DNA of 64,000 nucleotides, from assembly GCA_964357975.1 (NCBI GenBank), contig CAYHNG010000006.1:487-64486 (forward strand), given 5' to 3'. Shown piece after piece: positions 36,102 through 45,611 of the stretch; the first letter of the stretch is position 1, and each line of letters begins with the position of its first letter. The position numbers and the translations under genes were made by a program. This DNA comes from an uncultured Pseudomonadales bacterium (lineage in GTDB: Bacteria > Patescibacteriota > Microgenomatia > UBA1400 > MFAQ01). Below the pieces are notes generated by a model, which was not told the origin of the DNA, searched no databases, and saw only the letters and a list, made by a program, of their open reading frames with translations.

Positions 36102-38627
36102 TTAATTTTCTGTCCACAATCTTTCGATTTTTTCTTTGATTTTTAGTTGGTATATTTCGATTAGTTTTTTATTACCTTCGACCAGTTTTCGCTCAGCTTC
36201 TATCTTTTCCACTATTTGTTTTTGAATTTCAATAGGAGGAAGAGGTATGTCGACTTGTTTAAGCTTAATAATAGTTAGAGCCTTGTATGCACCACCAACA
36301 GTTAATTCGTTTATGGTTCTGAACAAGCTATCGATTACCAATTGTATAAAGTTTGAATCAGCCCGAATATTTTTTAACCACAGCAAGTTTCCATCCTTGA
36401 AATAAAACTCCCGATTATCGGGTACAACCCATGAATATCCAATGGTACCGACTGCCGAAACCAATATATCACCTTGCTTGGGAACATCATATTTTTTTGA
36501 TATTTCTTGGTATTTATTTCTAGAAATATACAAATCTATGGTTATTTGTTTGCCAAGATACATCTCCACGATTTCCTTTGTACGATAGAATGGAATACCT
36601 TCTGGAACATACTCGTTTTGAAAGATTCTTTTACTTGAAGTAACTTCAGCAATATCAACTAGTTTTTTTATTTCCCATTTTGGACCGATATCAATTTTGG
36701 GTTTCCAACTAGATACGATTTGTTTTGCAGCGCCGATTATGTTTTGATAACTGTCCAGAACGGCCACAATCTGTTTTTGAATTTCAAGAGGTGGAACGGG
36801 GATTTTTATTGTTTTTAAACTAGCGGTGTTTATACTGGCCTGGTTGACAGCTCTTTGTGCAAAACTTCGAGCAATATTTATAAAACTGTCTGATTTAAGA
36901 ATGTGACTAGCATACTCCGGAATTACTTTTGTCCTGTCCGGTCTTAGTTTCAGCAAATTGATTCCATGTACGACTTTTTCAGATATTCCGGTGAATATGG
37001 CAGTTTTTGCCAGATGTTCAATACTATTTATGTGACTTAAAAGAATGTCTCCCTCTTGAAGAAAGTCTTTGTCTAATACTTCATCATTCGTCCACTTAGT
37101 TTTTTCCAAATTTACAGTTCCATCTGCTATGGTTTGGATTCTAGAAACTCTATATTTTCCTGTTTCATCAGTTTGTTGTACATTTTTTCCATTTTTTATT
37201 TCAGTAAACACCTCAGGAAGTGAAAGTTCTTCCCATTTTCCAGTTGAGACGATATTTGTGACATACCTTTCTCCCATGAGAATATATCCGTTACCTTGAT
37301 TAATTTTATCTGTATTGACATAAATAGCCTTTTTACTCTCTACCTTTTGACTTTTTTTCCAAATATTTATTATTTTTAAAGTATCTGGAAGGTCATTTTT
37401 GTCTAATGACTTTCTCTGTGCACCAAGATCGAAGCCGTCATTTTCGACTTTAACAAATAGGATTTCATCATAATTATCCTTCTTCGATTTATCAAAGAAT
37501 AGAATACTAGTTTTTACACCAGCATAAGGATTAAATACACCCGATGGCAGTGATACAACGCACCAGAGACCAGCATCCTCGACTAGAATTTGTCGAATTT
37601 TTTTATGAGCTGTTGTTGAGCTAAATACAACACCTTCAGGAACAATTACTCCGGCTCTTCCATTTTGAGACAGATGGTCAACAATATATTTGAGGAACAA
37701 AACTTCTGTAGCTCTTGTATTCATCCTCAAATCTTCACTAACACTGTCTTGATCCAATGCGCCAGCAAAAGGAGGGTTAGCAAGAATAATGTCCCATTTT
37801 GTTCTATCTCCCGCAGTATCCACTAAAGTATTCTGCCTTTTGATATTTGGGTGTTCTAGCTTGTGAAGATAAAGATTCATTAAACCAAACTTAAACATGT
37901 CAGAATCACTATCAAAACCCGTGAATGTGTGTTGAGATATAAATTTTCTCTCTTCAGGAGTAATTTTGTCCATAACCAATCTCCCTTCTATTTTTAGCTC
38001 TTCAGATGTATATTTTTCTTTTAGATGTTCATATGCTGTTACTAGGAATCCAGCCGTTCCACAGGCAGGATCAAGCACAGTTTCACCCTTTGACGGATCA
38101 ACTATGTCTACTATGAATTTGACTATGTGTCTTGGGGTCCTAAAGGACCCCAACGTACCAGATTGAGATAATTTACTAAGAAGATATTCATACATATCAC
38201 CAAAGATGTCGGTGTGTCCTGACGAAGCTTCTTCTTCTAACTCACTCATCATTTTTTCGATTTCATGAACCAACCTCCTGAGAGTTGGTTTGTCGAATAT
38301 CTTCACATGCGCGTCCCGGAAAAGGAGGCGGATAGTTTGATCTGTCGCCAGCTCAGGAAGTTTACGGAAAATTTCTTCAAGGGTGGTAAATAGAACTTCG
38401 GCGTTTAGAACAAGAAGATTGTTCCAATGATATTTAGCCAGTTCTCCAGAAAATATTTTTTCCGCAGATGAATCCAGAATCATGGCACTATCGTCTTTTT
38501 TGGAAAGAGACCGAAGAAATACAAGATAATTTATTTGCTCGATAATTGTGGCGTGACTAGCAACACCAGCACCAAACAAAATGTTCATCAAATTATCGAC
38601 TTGATTTTTGAATTCAGTTCCAGGCAT
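36102..38627 (-). CDS. Type I R-M N6-adenine methyltransferase fused to the specificity subunit (HsdM-HsdS)
   Basis: DPACGTAGFL and NPPF motifs, then two TRDs each ending P.PP.EIQKQIV. Confidence 0.92.
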   Translation of the reverse strand: MPGTEFKNQVDNLMNILFGAGVASHATIIEQINYLVFLRSLSKKDDSAMILDSSAEKIFSGELAKYHWNNLLVLNAEVLFTTLEEIFRKLPELATDQTIRLLFRDAHVKIFDKPTLRRLVHEIEKMMSELEEEASSGHTDIFGDMYEYLLSKLSQSGTLGSFRTPRHIVKFIVDIVDPSKGETVLDPACGTAGFLVTAYEHLKEKYTSEELKIEGRLVMDKITPEERKFISQHTFTGFDSDSDMFKFGLMNLYLHKLEHPNIKRQNTLVDTAGDRTKWDIILANPPFAGALDQDSVSEDLRMNTRATEVLFLKYIVDHLSQNGRAGVIVPEGVVFSSTTAHKKIRQILVEDAGLWCVVSLPSGVFNPYAGVKTSILFFDKSKKDNYDEILFVKVENDGFDLGAQRKSLDKNDLPDTLKIINIWKKSQKVESKKAIYVNTDKINQGNGYILMGERYVTNIVSTGKWEELSLPEVFTEIKNGKNVQQTDETGKYRVSRIQTIADGTVNLEKTKWTNDEVLDKDFLQEGDILLSHINSIEHLAKTAIFTGISEKVVHGINLLKLRPDRTKVIPEYASHILKSDSFINIARSFAQRAVNQASINTASLKTIKIPVPPLEIQKQIVAVLDSYQNIIGAAKQIVSSWKPKIDIGPKWEIKKLVDIAEVTSSKRIFQNEYVPEGIPFYRTKEIVEMYLGKQITIDLYISRNKYQEISKKYDVPKQGDILVSAVGTIGYSWVVPDNREFYFKDGNLLWLKNIRADSNFIQLVIDSLFRTINELTVGGAYKALTIIKLKQVDIPLPPIEIQKQIVEKIEAERKLVEGNKKLIEIYQLKIKEKIERLWTEN

Positions 38628-38630
38628 GGT

Positions 38631-41000
38631 TTATAAGTAAATTACTTTGCTGTTACTAATATCAAAAACTAGATTTTGCAATTCTTCTTTTCCAAAAGTG
38701 TTAATCCATTCCTCTGCAGAAAAACCAGTGCTGAATGGTTCTTTGAGTAGAAAATTAAGACTTGGCTTTTCTTTTAGCTCTTTTCTTAATTCCTCATTCT
38801 GAGCAACTTCATCAACAACTAGCCTGACCATAATGTGCCTTAGTTGGGAACCTCCCGAACTTATTGATCCATATTTATCTATGATTCCGTTTTTCCACTC
38901 TTGAATTTGTATTTCTTTTTCCGGTAGAGATTTTTTGCCAAGAGCTGATAGGAAGAAGTCGCGAATGGTGGCTATTACCTTATGAGATTTTGTAAGGTTA
39001 TCCTCATTGAAATAAAAATCAGGCTTGTTTAATAAATCAGAATTGATTAACTCAATCAATTCTTCTTGCTTATTCTCATCGTCAATCATTTCTTTGACTT
39101 CTGGATGTGAATCAGCAAATTGGGCAACTGCTTTGGACCATTCGTCTCGATACATTTCTTTATCTACTTTGTCTCCATCTGGGCCGTAAATGATTTGGTC
39201 GCGGACAGATACTAAATCTGGTCTGGTTATGGTTGGTTGAACTCCGTAGTCAATTATTGTTTCTTCACCTGTGAAAGTTATGGCCATGTCTCTCCCGCCA
39301 GATTCTATCCTGTGCTTAGCTTCTATTTGTCTGGGTAAGTCAAGAGGAGCTTCCCAATCATAGGCTTCCTCAAAATATTCACAGACTCCACAAAAATCAA
39401 AAATTACAAATTGTTGTTTGTTTATTTCTTTACACAAGCGAGTACCCCTGCCTTTTATTTGCTGATATAAAGTTGGCTCAAAAACAGGACGGGCGAGAAC
39501 AATGTTTTGTGCTTCAGGAGCGTCGAATCCGGTTGTAAGCATATCTACCGATACGGCTATTCTGGGAAGTTTCGTGTCGATGTTTCTAAAATCTTTGGCT
39601 AGTTCGTGAGCCTCTTTTACATAACTAGTTATGGTTTGAGCAAAACGACCATTGTATTCTGGCCTTAGTTTGTTGAGAATTTTTTCGAGATTGAGTGCAT
39701 GGGTTTGGTTGACAGCAAAGACGATTGTTTTCCCAATTTCACCAGTTGGAGTTTTTTCAGCATATTCCAACAACTCTTTCATCATTAATTCATTTCTTTG
39801 GGGAATAAAGACTTTTTTCTCAAGATCACTGATTTTGTAGTTTTCGCTTTCGTAATCTCCTTCACCTGCTAGCCCTGTTTCTCCAAGTGATTCTTGGGTA
39901 AGCATGGATGTCATTTTGTGAAGTTTAGCTGGAACAAGGAAACCATCTTTGACGCCATCTTGGATGTTGTAGCGGAATGTGGCCTGACCTTTTTCACAGT
40001 CAAAATACTTGTAGGTATCTCTTTGTAGTCTTAACTCTACTGAGCGAGGATCGGTTTGCGCAAGTTTACTAACATCAATGTTTTTTAGGAAGTCCTTTGG
40101 AGTCGCGGTCAATCCAATTTTTGTAACTCCAACAAAATAATCCATGACACCTCGTGCTTCTGGTGAGTAAATACTGCGATGTGCTTCGTCGTGAATAATT
40201 AGGTCAAAATATCCAGGGGTAAAGACATCTCGACCATGAGAAATTAACGACTGAATTGTGGCTACAACAATATTTGCACCAGTTAGATTTTTCTTTGATC
40301 CACCCCAATAAGTAGCAACCGCAGATAGATTTCCAAGAAGTTTTTCAAAGGTCCCCTTACTTTGTCTGGCTAGTTCGATACGATCAACGACAAAGAGAAT
40401 AGTTTGAGCTTGATTAGTTTTCAGAAATTTGGAAATTATTAGCGAAGCAAGAACCGTTTTCCCTGTTCCAGTTGCCATTTCCAAAAGAAATGCTCGTTTG
40501 CCTTCATCGTATTCTTTTGCGATGGCGTTATATGCTTCAATTTGATAAGGGCGGAGTTTAATATCTTGGTTAACATCCCAAAAATAGTTTTCTTCGACTG
40601 ATTTTTGGGTGAGGGGTTCGACATTTCCTAGATTTCTCGATTGTCTTTTTCTAGTTAAGTCGTCTTGAGAAAAGAAAACGGGAACTGGCAGGGCATCGCC
40701 GCCTGTTTGAAAGTCCCAAAGATAGATAATATGGTCGTTAGCCAAAAAGATGAAGTCTATTTTCCCCTTGTATTGTGTATCGGCGTAGTTTAGAGCTTGT
40801 TGTTTGGCTGAGTAAGGATCGATGTCTGGCTTTTTAGCTTCAATAAGGGCAAGTGGTCGACCGAGTTTATCTTTCAAGACATAATCAGCTCTACCAGCGG
40901 CCCCATGATCCTCGAACACTACTTGATTTTGGTCAAGAATATCCCAACCTGCTTCTTTTAGTTTTTGATCAATTACAGCTCTGGAGTATGCTTCACCCAT
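38631..41000 (-). CDS. hsdR: Type I restriction subunit R (EcoEI-like)
   Basis: ADYVL...IEAK nuclease motif, MATGTGKT, DEAHRS, LTATP, DMLTTGFD, QIKGRGTR. Confidence 0.92.
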   Translation of the reverse strand: MGEAYSRAVIDQKLKEAGWDILDQNQVVFEDHGAAGRADYVLKDKLGRPLALIEAKKPDIDPYSAKQQALNYADTQYKGKIDFIFLANDHIIYLWDFQTGGDALPVPVFFSQDDLTRKRQSRNLGNVEPLTQKSVEENYFWDVNQDIKLRPYQIEAYNAIAKEYDEGKRAFLLEMATGTGKTVLASLIISKFLKTNQAQTILFVVDRIELARQSKGTFEKLLGNLSAVATYWGGSKKNLTGANIVVATIQSLISHGRDVFTPGYFDLIIHDEAHRSIYSPEARGVMDYFVGVTKIGLTATPKDFLKNIDVSKLAQTDPRSVELRLQRDTYKYFDCEKGQATFRYNIQDGVKDGFLVPAKLHKMTSMLTQESLGETGLAGEGDYESENYKISDLEKKVFIPQRNELMMKELLEYAEKTPTGEIGKTIVFAVNQTHALNLEKILNKLRPEYNGRFAQTITSYVKEAHELAKDFRNIDTKLPRIAVSVDMLTTGFDAPEAQNIVLARPVFEPTLYQQIKGRGTRLCKEINKQQFVIFDFCGVCEYFEEAYDWEAPLDLPRQIEAKHRIESGGRDMAITFTGEETIIDYGVQPTITRPDLVSVRDQIIYGPDGDKVDKEMYRDEWSKAVAQFADSHPEVKEMIDDENKQEELIELINSDLLNKPDFYFNEDNLTKSHKVIATIRDFFLSALGKKSLPEKEIQIQEWKNGIIDKYGSISSGGSQLRHIMVRLVVDEVAQNEELRKELKEKPSLNFLLKEPFSTGFSAEEWINTFGKEELQNLVFDISNSKVIYL

Positions 41001-41074
41001 ATGGGTTTATTTTATCCCAAATATGAACCGAAAAGCAGTATATAACGAAGTCGTGCTATATTATCCCTTAAGGA

Positions 41075-41494
41075 ATGACTTATACCATTGATACAACCAA
41101 AGCTCCCCAGCAAACTAAGGAGAAAAAAGCTGGTGCTTCCATAAGCACAAAAGCTGATAGTGCATACGATTTAATTTCTCCCGTGTTGACAGAAAAGGCT
41201 CTAAAAAACATTGATGTTGTAAGGATGATCATTAACGAGAGACACAAGTTACTCGCAGAGAACACAGAACTCAAGGAATATCGAGATAATTTTTTTTCGG
41301 CCGAGCGTGAAAAGGTTGTTCTTGTTGAAAAACTAAAAACCTTCAATGCATTTGATGTGCTTTCAATTGGTACAATTACTGTAGGCTCACTTCTGGCAGG
41401 ATCATCATTGAATCCAATGAATGGCACGTTGTTCTCTATCGGCTTTTTGTTTATTATTGTTGGTGTCGTAGCTAAGGTGGTTAAAGCTAAATGA
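41075..41494 (+). CDS. hypothetical protein: coiled coil and two C-terminal TM helices
   Basis: 139 aa; overlaps the start of the next gene. Confidence 0.7.
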   Translation: MTYTIDTTKAPQQTKEKKAGASISTKADSAYDLISPVLTEKALKNIDVVRMIINERHKLLAENTELKEYRDNFFSAEREKVVLVEKLKTFNAFDVLSIGTITVGSLLAGSSLNPMNGTLFSIGFLFIIVGVVAKVVKAK

Positions 41495-41847
41495 ATATAA
41501 AAATAATAAAAATTAACGATGCTGGGAATCTACCTAACGAAAGAATTGTCCTTAAATCGTTAACGGATATTGATGTTGGCCGATTTGGAATTTTCAGAAC
41601 CGGAATTGGTACTTCAGGAATTACTAATAAAGTTCACAATGCATACTGGTTCCCCGATCAATTGACGCGAGCGGGTGATCTCGTGGTTTTGTATACAAAA
41701 AGTGGTGTTTCCTCAAGTGTAAAAAATAAAGACGGTTCCACAACTTTCTTTTATTATTGGGGTTTGTCATCTACCATCTGGAATGATGAAAATAAAGGAT
41801 CTGTTGTTGTCGCAATTCCCACTTGGAGCGTTTTTCAAAGAGAGTAA
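41491..41847 (+). CDS. small lamin-tail-domain-like (Ig-fold) protein
   Basis: NERIVLK...YWFPD...GDLVVLYTKSG...YWG...IWN pattern. Confidence 0.6.
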   Translation: MNIKIIKINDAGNLPNERIVLKSLTDIDVGRFGIFRTGIGTSGITNKVHNAYWFPDQLTRAGDLVVLYTKSGVSSSVKNKDGSTTFFYYWGLSSTIWNDENKGSVVVAIPTWSVFQRE

Positions 41848-41957
41848 TTAGGTATATTCTGAAGTTCTATGAATGCCCGCGAAGCAAGCGCTTGGCCGAT
41901 AGGTCAAATGCTGTCTAAACGGCCAAGCGGCTCTTTGTGTGACCCAGAGTGTAAGAT

Positions 41958-43043
41958 ATGGATATGTCCAAATACATCCTAACTAGTGATGGAAAGATTC
42001 ACGTAAGAACTGATAACGTGAGTTTGTTTGATGTTGATGAGAAGTTTGAAGAAGCGGCCAGGTATATTATTTCTGAAGGTAAAGGATCAGCTTCACTGCT
42101 ACAAAGAAGGTTGGAGGTTGGATACGCAAGGGCAGCGAGAATATTGGGTCAACTTGAGCAAGCAGGAATTCTTGGATCATCTGAGGGAAACAAACCGAGA
42201 GAAGTGATTATTGGTTCGTTTGATGAATTTATAAAAAGTGATGGAAAAGAGGCAGGACTAGAAGAAGTATTTCCTGAGGATATTAAGAAGGAGTGGGCAC
42301 CTAAAGAGATTTCAGATACAGCATTGTCAAATCTACAAAATGAAGCCTTAAGTGTGGAGGGAATAATAATTCCGGTGGGATTGGAGAAAAAGAGAATGGT
42401 TTCTGCTTCACTTGATAATCTGGGTCATATCTATATTTTTAATAGCCCAATGTGCAACTCTGTTGGGCTTCTGAAATCTCAACTGGAGTTTTTGACCAAT
42501 ACTTATGGCCCTGATGTACTTAAGCTGATTGTGAGTGATGATACTAGACTGTTTTCGAACTCTACGATTGCCGACTCGCCTCACATGCTGACTCCGATTA
42601 TTTACGACCAGAGCAAAATACAGAATGCACTTGGTTGGGTGAGCGCTGAGATCGAAAGAAGATTCCGAATTCTTCAAGAGACTGGCTTTAGTAGTATTGA
42701 TGCTTATGGAAAAACTGAGAATCCCCCATTGCCCAGAATTGTTTGTGTTATTAGTAGTACTTCTAACAGACTGGCATATAATGAGGACTGTCATTATGGA
42801 ATTGAAAATATACTAACTTCAGGTCATTTGGTTGGCGTGCATTTGATTGTTGCATCCCCACTACTTGAGAGGAAATTTTCAAAACTGATGACTTCATCTC
42901 CCACCAAGATTATTTTCAAAACGTTCTCGACTTCGCAAGCTGACTTACTGGGAACTGACGATGCATTTGATCTGATCAGTGGAGATGAGTTTGTATTTGT
43001 ACCGGCGTATGGTGAGATACAAAAATTGAAAGTGAATGGATAA
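41958..43043 (+). CDS. FtsK-gamma domain fused to a degenerate FtsK/SpoIIIE ATPase domain
   Basis: SASLLQRRLEVGYARAARILGQLE at the N-terminus; ALGWVSAEIERR and GVHLIVAS present; Walker motifs lost. Confidence 0.82.
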   Translation: MDMSKYILTSDGKIHVRTDNVSLFDVDEKFEEAARYIISEGKGSASLLQRRLEVGYARAARILGQLEQAGILGSSEGNKPREVIIGSFDEFIKSDGKEAGLEEVFPEDIKKEWAPKEISDTALSNLQNEALSVEGIIIPVGLEKKRMVSASLDNLGHIYIFNSPMCNSVGLLKSQLEFLTNTYGPDVLKLIVSDDTRLFSNSTIADSPHMLTPIIYDQSKIQNALGWVSAEIERRFRILQETGFSSIDAYGKTENPPLPRIVCVISSTSNRLAYNEDCHYGIENILTSGHLVGVHLIVASPLLERKFSKLMTSSPTKIIFKTFSTSQADLLGTDDAFDLISGDEFVFVPAYGEIQKLKVNG

Positions 43044-43704
43044 GGGGATGTGGGACAAGTTGACGAATACTAATTGGTGGGAGAAGTTTCTGAAGTTTGT
43101 GTTTGAAGGATTGAGAAATATATTAGTTTTGGTGGGTAGTTTAATTGTTAGGTTTCAAGCATATGTTCATAGCGGTGAGTGGACGAAGCAACATTTGTCT
43201 TTTGTTAAGGAGGGAAATAAATTTAGATTGGTAGTAAAAAGTCATAATGATTTTGTGGATGAGGTGAAGATAGAAATAGCTAAATACAGAGGAAAGAGAT
43301 GGGGTAAAAAGTTTATAAAGTTCGTTTTGGAACAGGCATTGTCAGGGTGTAACTTTGTAGTAATTGAGAGTGACAATGTGTTTGTACAGTTTTGGACAGG
43401 GAGAGGCAGACTGGAGATGGATATACCACTGGTGAAGGGAAATGGTTTGAAAAAGTTTTATTACACTGTAATTGGTTTACTGACTGATATGAATTACTTC
43501 AAGTATCCGTTTACTAGAACTGGCATTCCTACTATCCTCAAAGTGCCAGAACATTTTACTTTTCGAGTAGATGAGGAGGAAGGTTTTACTAAAGTGATTG
43601 GCTTTTTTGATAAGCGGACAGATCAGGCAGTGGAGTTTGTGGACAGATTGTTTCGAGAAGTTTATGAGGTGAAGAATAAGGTGCTAGAGATTAAGGTGGG
43701 TTAG
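43036..43704 (+). CDS. hypothetical protein, possible chaperone-like (T3SS/YbjN) fold
   Basis: FVVIESDNVFVQF pattern; overlaps the previous gene. Confidence 0.65.
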   Translation: MDKGMWDKLTNTNWWEKFLKFVFEGLRNILVLVGSLIVRFQAYVHSGEWTKQHLSFVKEGNKFRLVVKSHNDFVDEVKIEIAKYRGKRWGKKFIKFVLEQALSGCNFVVIESDNVFVQFWTGRGRLEMDIPLVKGNGLKKFYYTVIGLLTDMNYFKYPFTRTGIPTILKVPEHFTFRVDEEEGFTKVIGFFDKRTDQAVEFVDRLFREVYEVKNKVLEIKVG

Positions 43705-43796
43705 CAACGCAATATGTGTATCAACTACGCATTGATTTAGTTAATATCTATCCCTATACTTGGCGTGTTCTTTAATTTATCGAAGAGGAGGATATC

Positions 43797-44456
43797 ATGG
43801 CGAGATTTTGTGGGGTCTGTAAGGGTTCTGGTTGGGTAGGTGCTCGTACTGATTTCGGACATAAACCAGGAGGACCATGTAGAGTCTGCGGAGGTTCTGG
43901 ATATGATCAGCGGTGGGGAGAAAAAATGTGTCGAGGTTGTTCCAATATGATTGAATACCGATACGACTGGTCAAATGTTCCTGAATATTGCCCAAGTTGT
44001 AAAAGCGATCAATATAAAACGTGCGCAAATTCTCATTGTGGTGGAACAGTAAGATATAAGAAATTTTGGGATAACATTCCAGATTATTGCTCCACTTGTA
44101 AGGGGTGGTACGAGTTGCCTTGTGAAAACACACATTGTCGTGGCACAAATCGTGTACACGCAAGCTGGACTAATGTTTCAAAATACTGCAAAGCTTGTAA
44201 AGGATGGTATGAAATCCCCTGTGAGGAATGTGGATCACCTGTCAAAGCCCACTCGGATTGGAAGAATTTGCCAAAATGGTGTGATAGCTGTAAGAGTAAG
44301 GGTGTTGGTAGAAAAGATTGGCGGACAAAAAACCAAGATGGTTCTGAAAGAGACCACCCTCAACAAAATATCAAAGATAAGGACACAAAGGATCATACTT
44401 ATTATGATCCGAGAAACCAAAGATCAGGAAAAGCCTCCGGAAATCGAGAAAGTTAG
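43797..44456 (+). CDS. tandem zinc-ribbon repeat protein
   Basis: CxxCxGxG pair, then four C-x2/4-C...W.N.P.YCxxCK repeats; GAGGAGG RBS; terminator at 44461-44485. Confidence 0.85.
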   Translation: MARFCGVCKGSGWVGARTDFGHKPGGPCRVCGGSGYDQRWGEKMCRGCSNMIEYRYDWSNVPEYCPSCKSDQYKTCANSHCGGTVRYKKFWDNIPDYCSTCKGWYELPCENTHCRGTNRVHASWTNVSKYCKACKGWYEIPCEECGSPVKAHSDWKNLPKWCDSCKSKGVGRKDWRTKNQDGSERDHPQQNIKDKDTKDHTYYDPRNQRSGKASGNRES

Positions 44457-44498
44457 TATCTGCCCCCGTAATGGGGGCATTTTTTGTATAATACGGGT

Positions 44499-44717
44499 AT
44501 GAATAAAATTGAGGTCAACATGGAATTAAATCCAATAAACTGTGAAACAAAAGGATACAAGTGGACGGGAGATGCTATTTACGATCCAGAAGCACCTGAG
44601 GAGGTTAATGAAGAGTTTGTAGAACTGACAAAGCAAGGGTACATCTTAGGTGAACCTGCCAGTACGAATACAATACAAAATGGTGGGGTTGGAGTGTATG
44701 AGCCAATAGAAAAATAA
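44499..44717 (+). CDS. small hypothetical protein
   Basis: ATG 6 nt after TATAAT. Confidence 0.6.
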   Translation: MNKIEVNMELNPINCETKGYKWTGDAIYDPEAPEEVNEEFVELTKQGYILGEPASTNTIQNGGVGVYEPIEK

Positions 44718-44725
44718 CACTAAGC

Positions 44726-45100
44726 GTGAGTAAGTCGTGGATTGTTCCTGACAGTTTATGCGTTCCAATACAGAACTACTATTCTGCCAGAACTTCAGGC
44801 GCGACATTACCCTTACCAAACTATTTCCCTCCTGAATTTGAAACAATAGGTATAAAGAAAAGAGGCTCAGATAGAAACGAATATTACGGAATGGTAGTTA
44901 CCAATCCCCATAATTATCCATATAATTATGTTTTTGGATTTTCTTACCTCGACAAGAAGGATTGTCAAGCTGACGAAGATCTGTACGTATTTGATTTCAT
45001 TAAAAAGAAAATTGAATACTTTCCTAGAGGCTCTTACGAGGAAGAGAATTCTCTATACGCTGATACTCATAAAGGAATTAAAGACTATTTAATTCCGTAA
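44726..45100 (+). CDS. hypothetical protein
   Basis: 124-aa ORF with GTG start. Confidence 0.6.
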   Translation: MSKSWIVPDSLCVPIQNYYSARTSGATLPLPNYFPPEFETIGIKKRGSDRNEYYGMVVTNPHNYPYNYVFGFSYLDKKDCQADEDLYVFDFIKKKIEYFPRGSYEEENSLYADTHKGIKDYLIP

Positions 45101-45238
45101 ACATAAGTGATCTTGTGTCTGCGCTCATTGGTCGCTTTGTTGTATTGAAGTACCAGTATGTGAAAGAATCATTTGGATTATAATCTCATAGAAGTTACCG
45201 AGAAATAGAACTTTTATTTTGTTTATCAGGAGGTATCG

Positions 45239-45493
45239 ATGCCAGTCAAAGGAAATATTACTGTGGACGACAAATACTGCAAAGGATGCGAACTTTGTGT
45301 TGCGGTTTGCCCTCAGGGCTTACTCGAAATAGATCCGGAACGCCTGACACCTAAAGGATACCACCCGGCACACTTGACCGGGGATGGGTGTACGGGATGT
45401 GCAGTATGCGCCCTAGTTTGCCCAGATGCTGCGATTACGGTGTACCGAGAAGCAAAACAGACTCCAACAAAAGACAAAGCAGAAAACAACTAA
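45239..45493 (+). CDS. 2x[4Fe-4S] ferredoxin, similar to the delta subunit of 2-oxoacid oxidoreductases
   Basis: CKGCELCVAVCP and CTGCAVCALVCP; AGGAGG RBS; terminator at 45492-45517. Confidence 0.9.
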   Translation: MPVKGNITVDDKYCKGCELCVAVCPQGLLEIDPERLTPKGYHPAHLTGDGCTGCAVCALVCPDAAITVYREAKQTPTKDKAENN

Positions 45494-45611
45494 CTCACCG
45501 GAAGGTGAGTTTTTTTACGGGTTAAGAAACGTAAAAAGGCGAATAAGTTTGTAGCGTCGGGGGTGGGCAGGGTTTTCGCTGATGTTTTGGGTGTAAAATA
45601 TTCCATTAAAT

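Noticed and set aside
35848-36117. 89-aa ORF downstream of hsdM-S
   Set aside because: It overlaps the upstream gene and has no recognisable motif or clear start. It may be real but cannot be supported.
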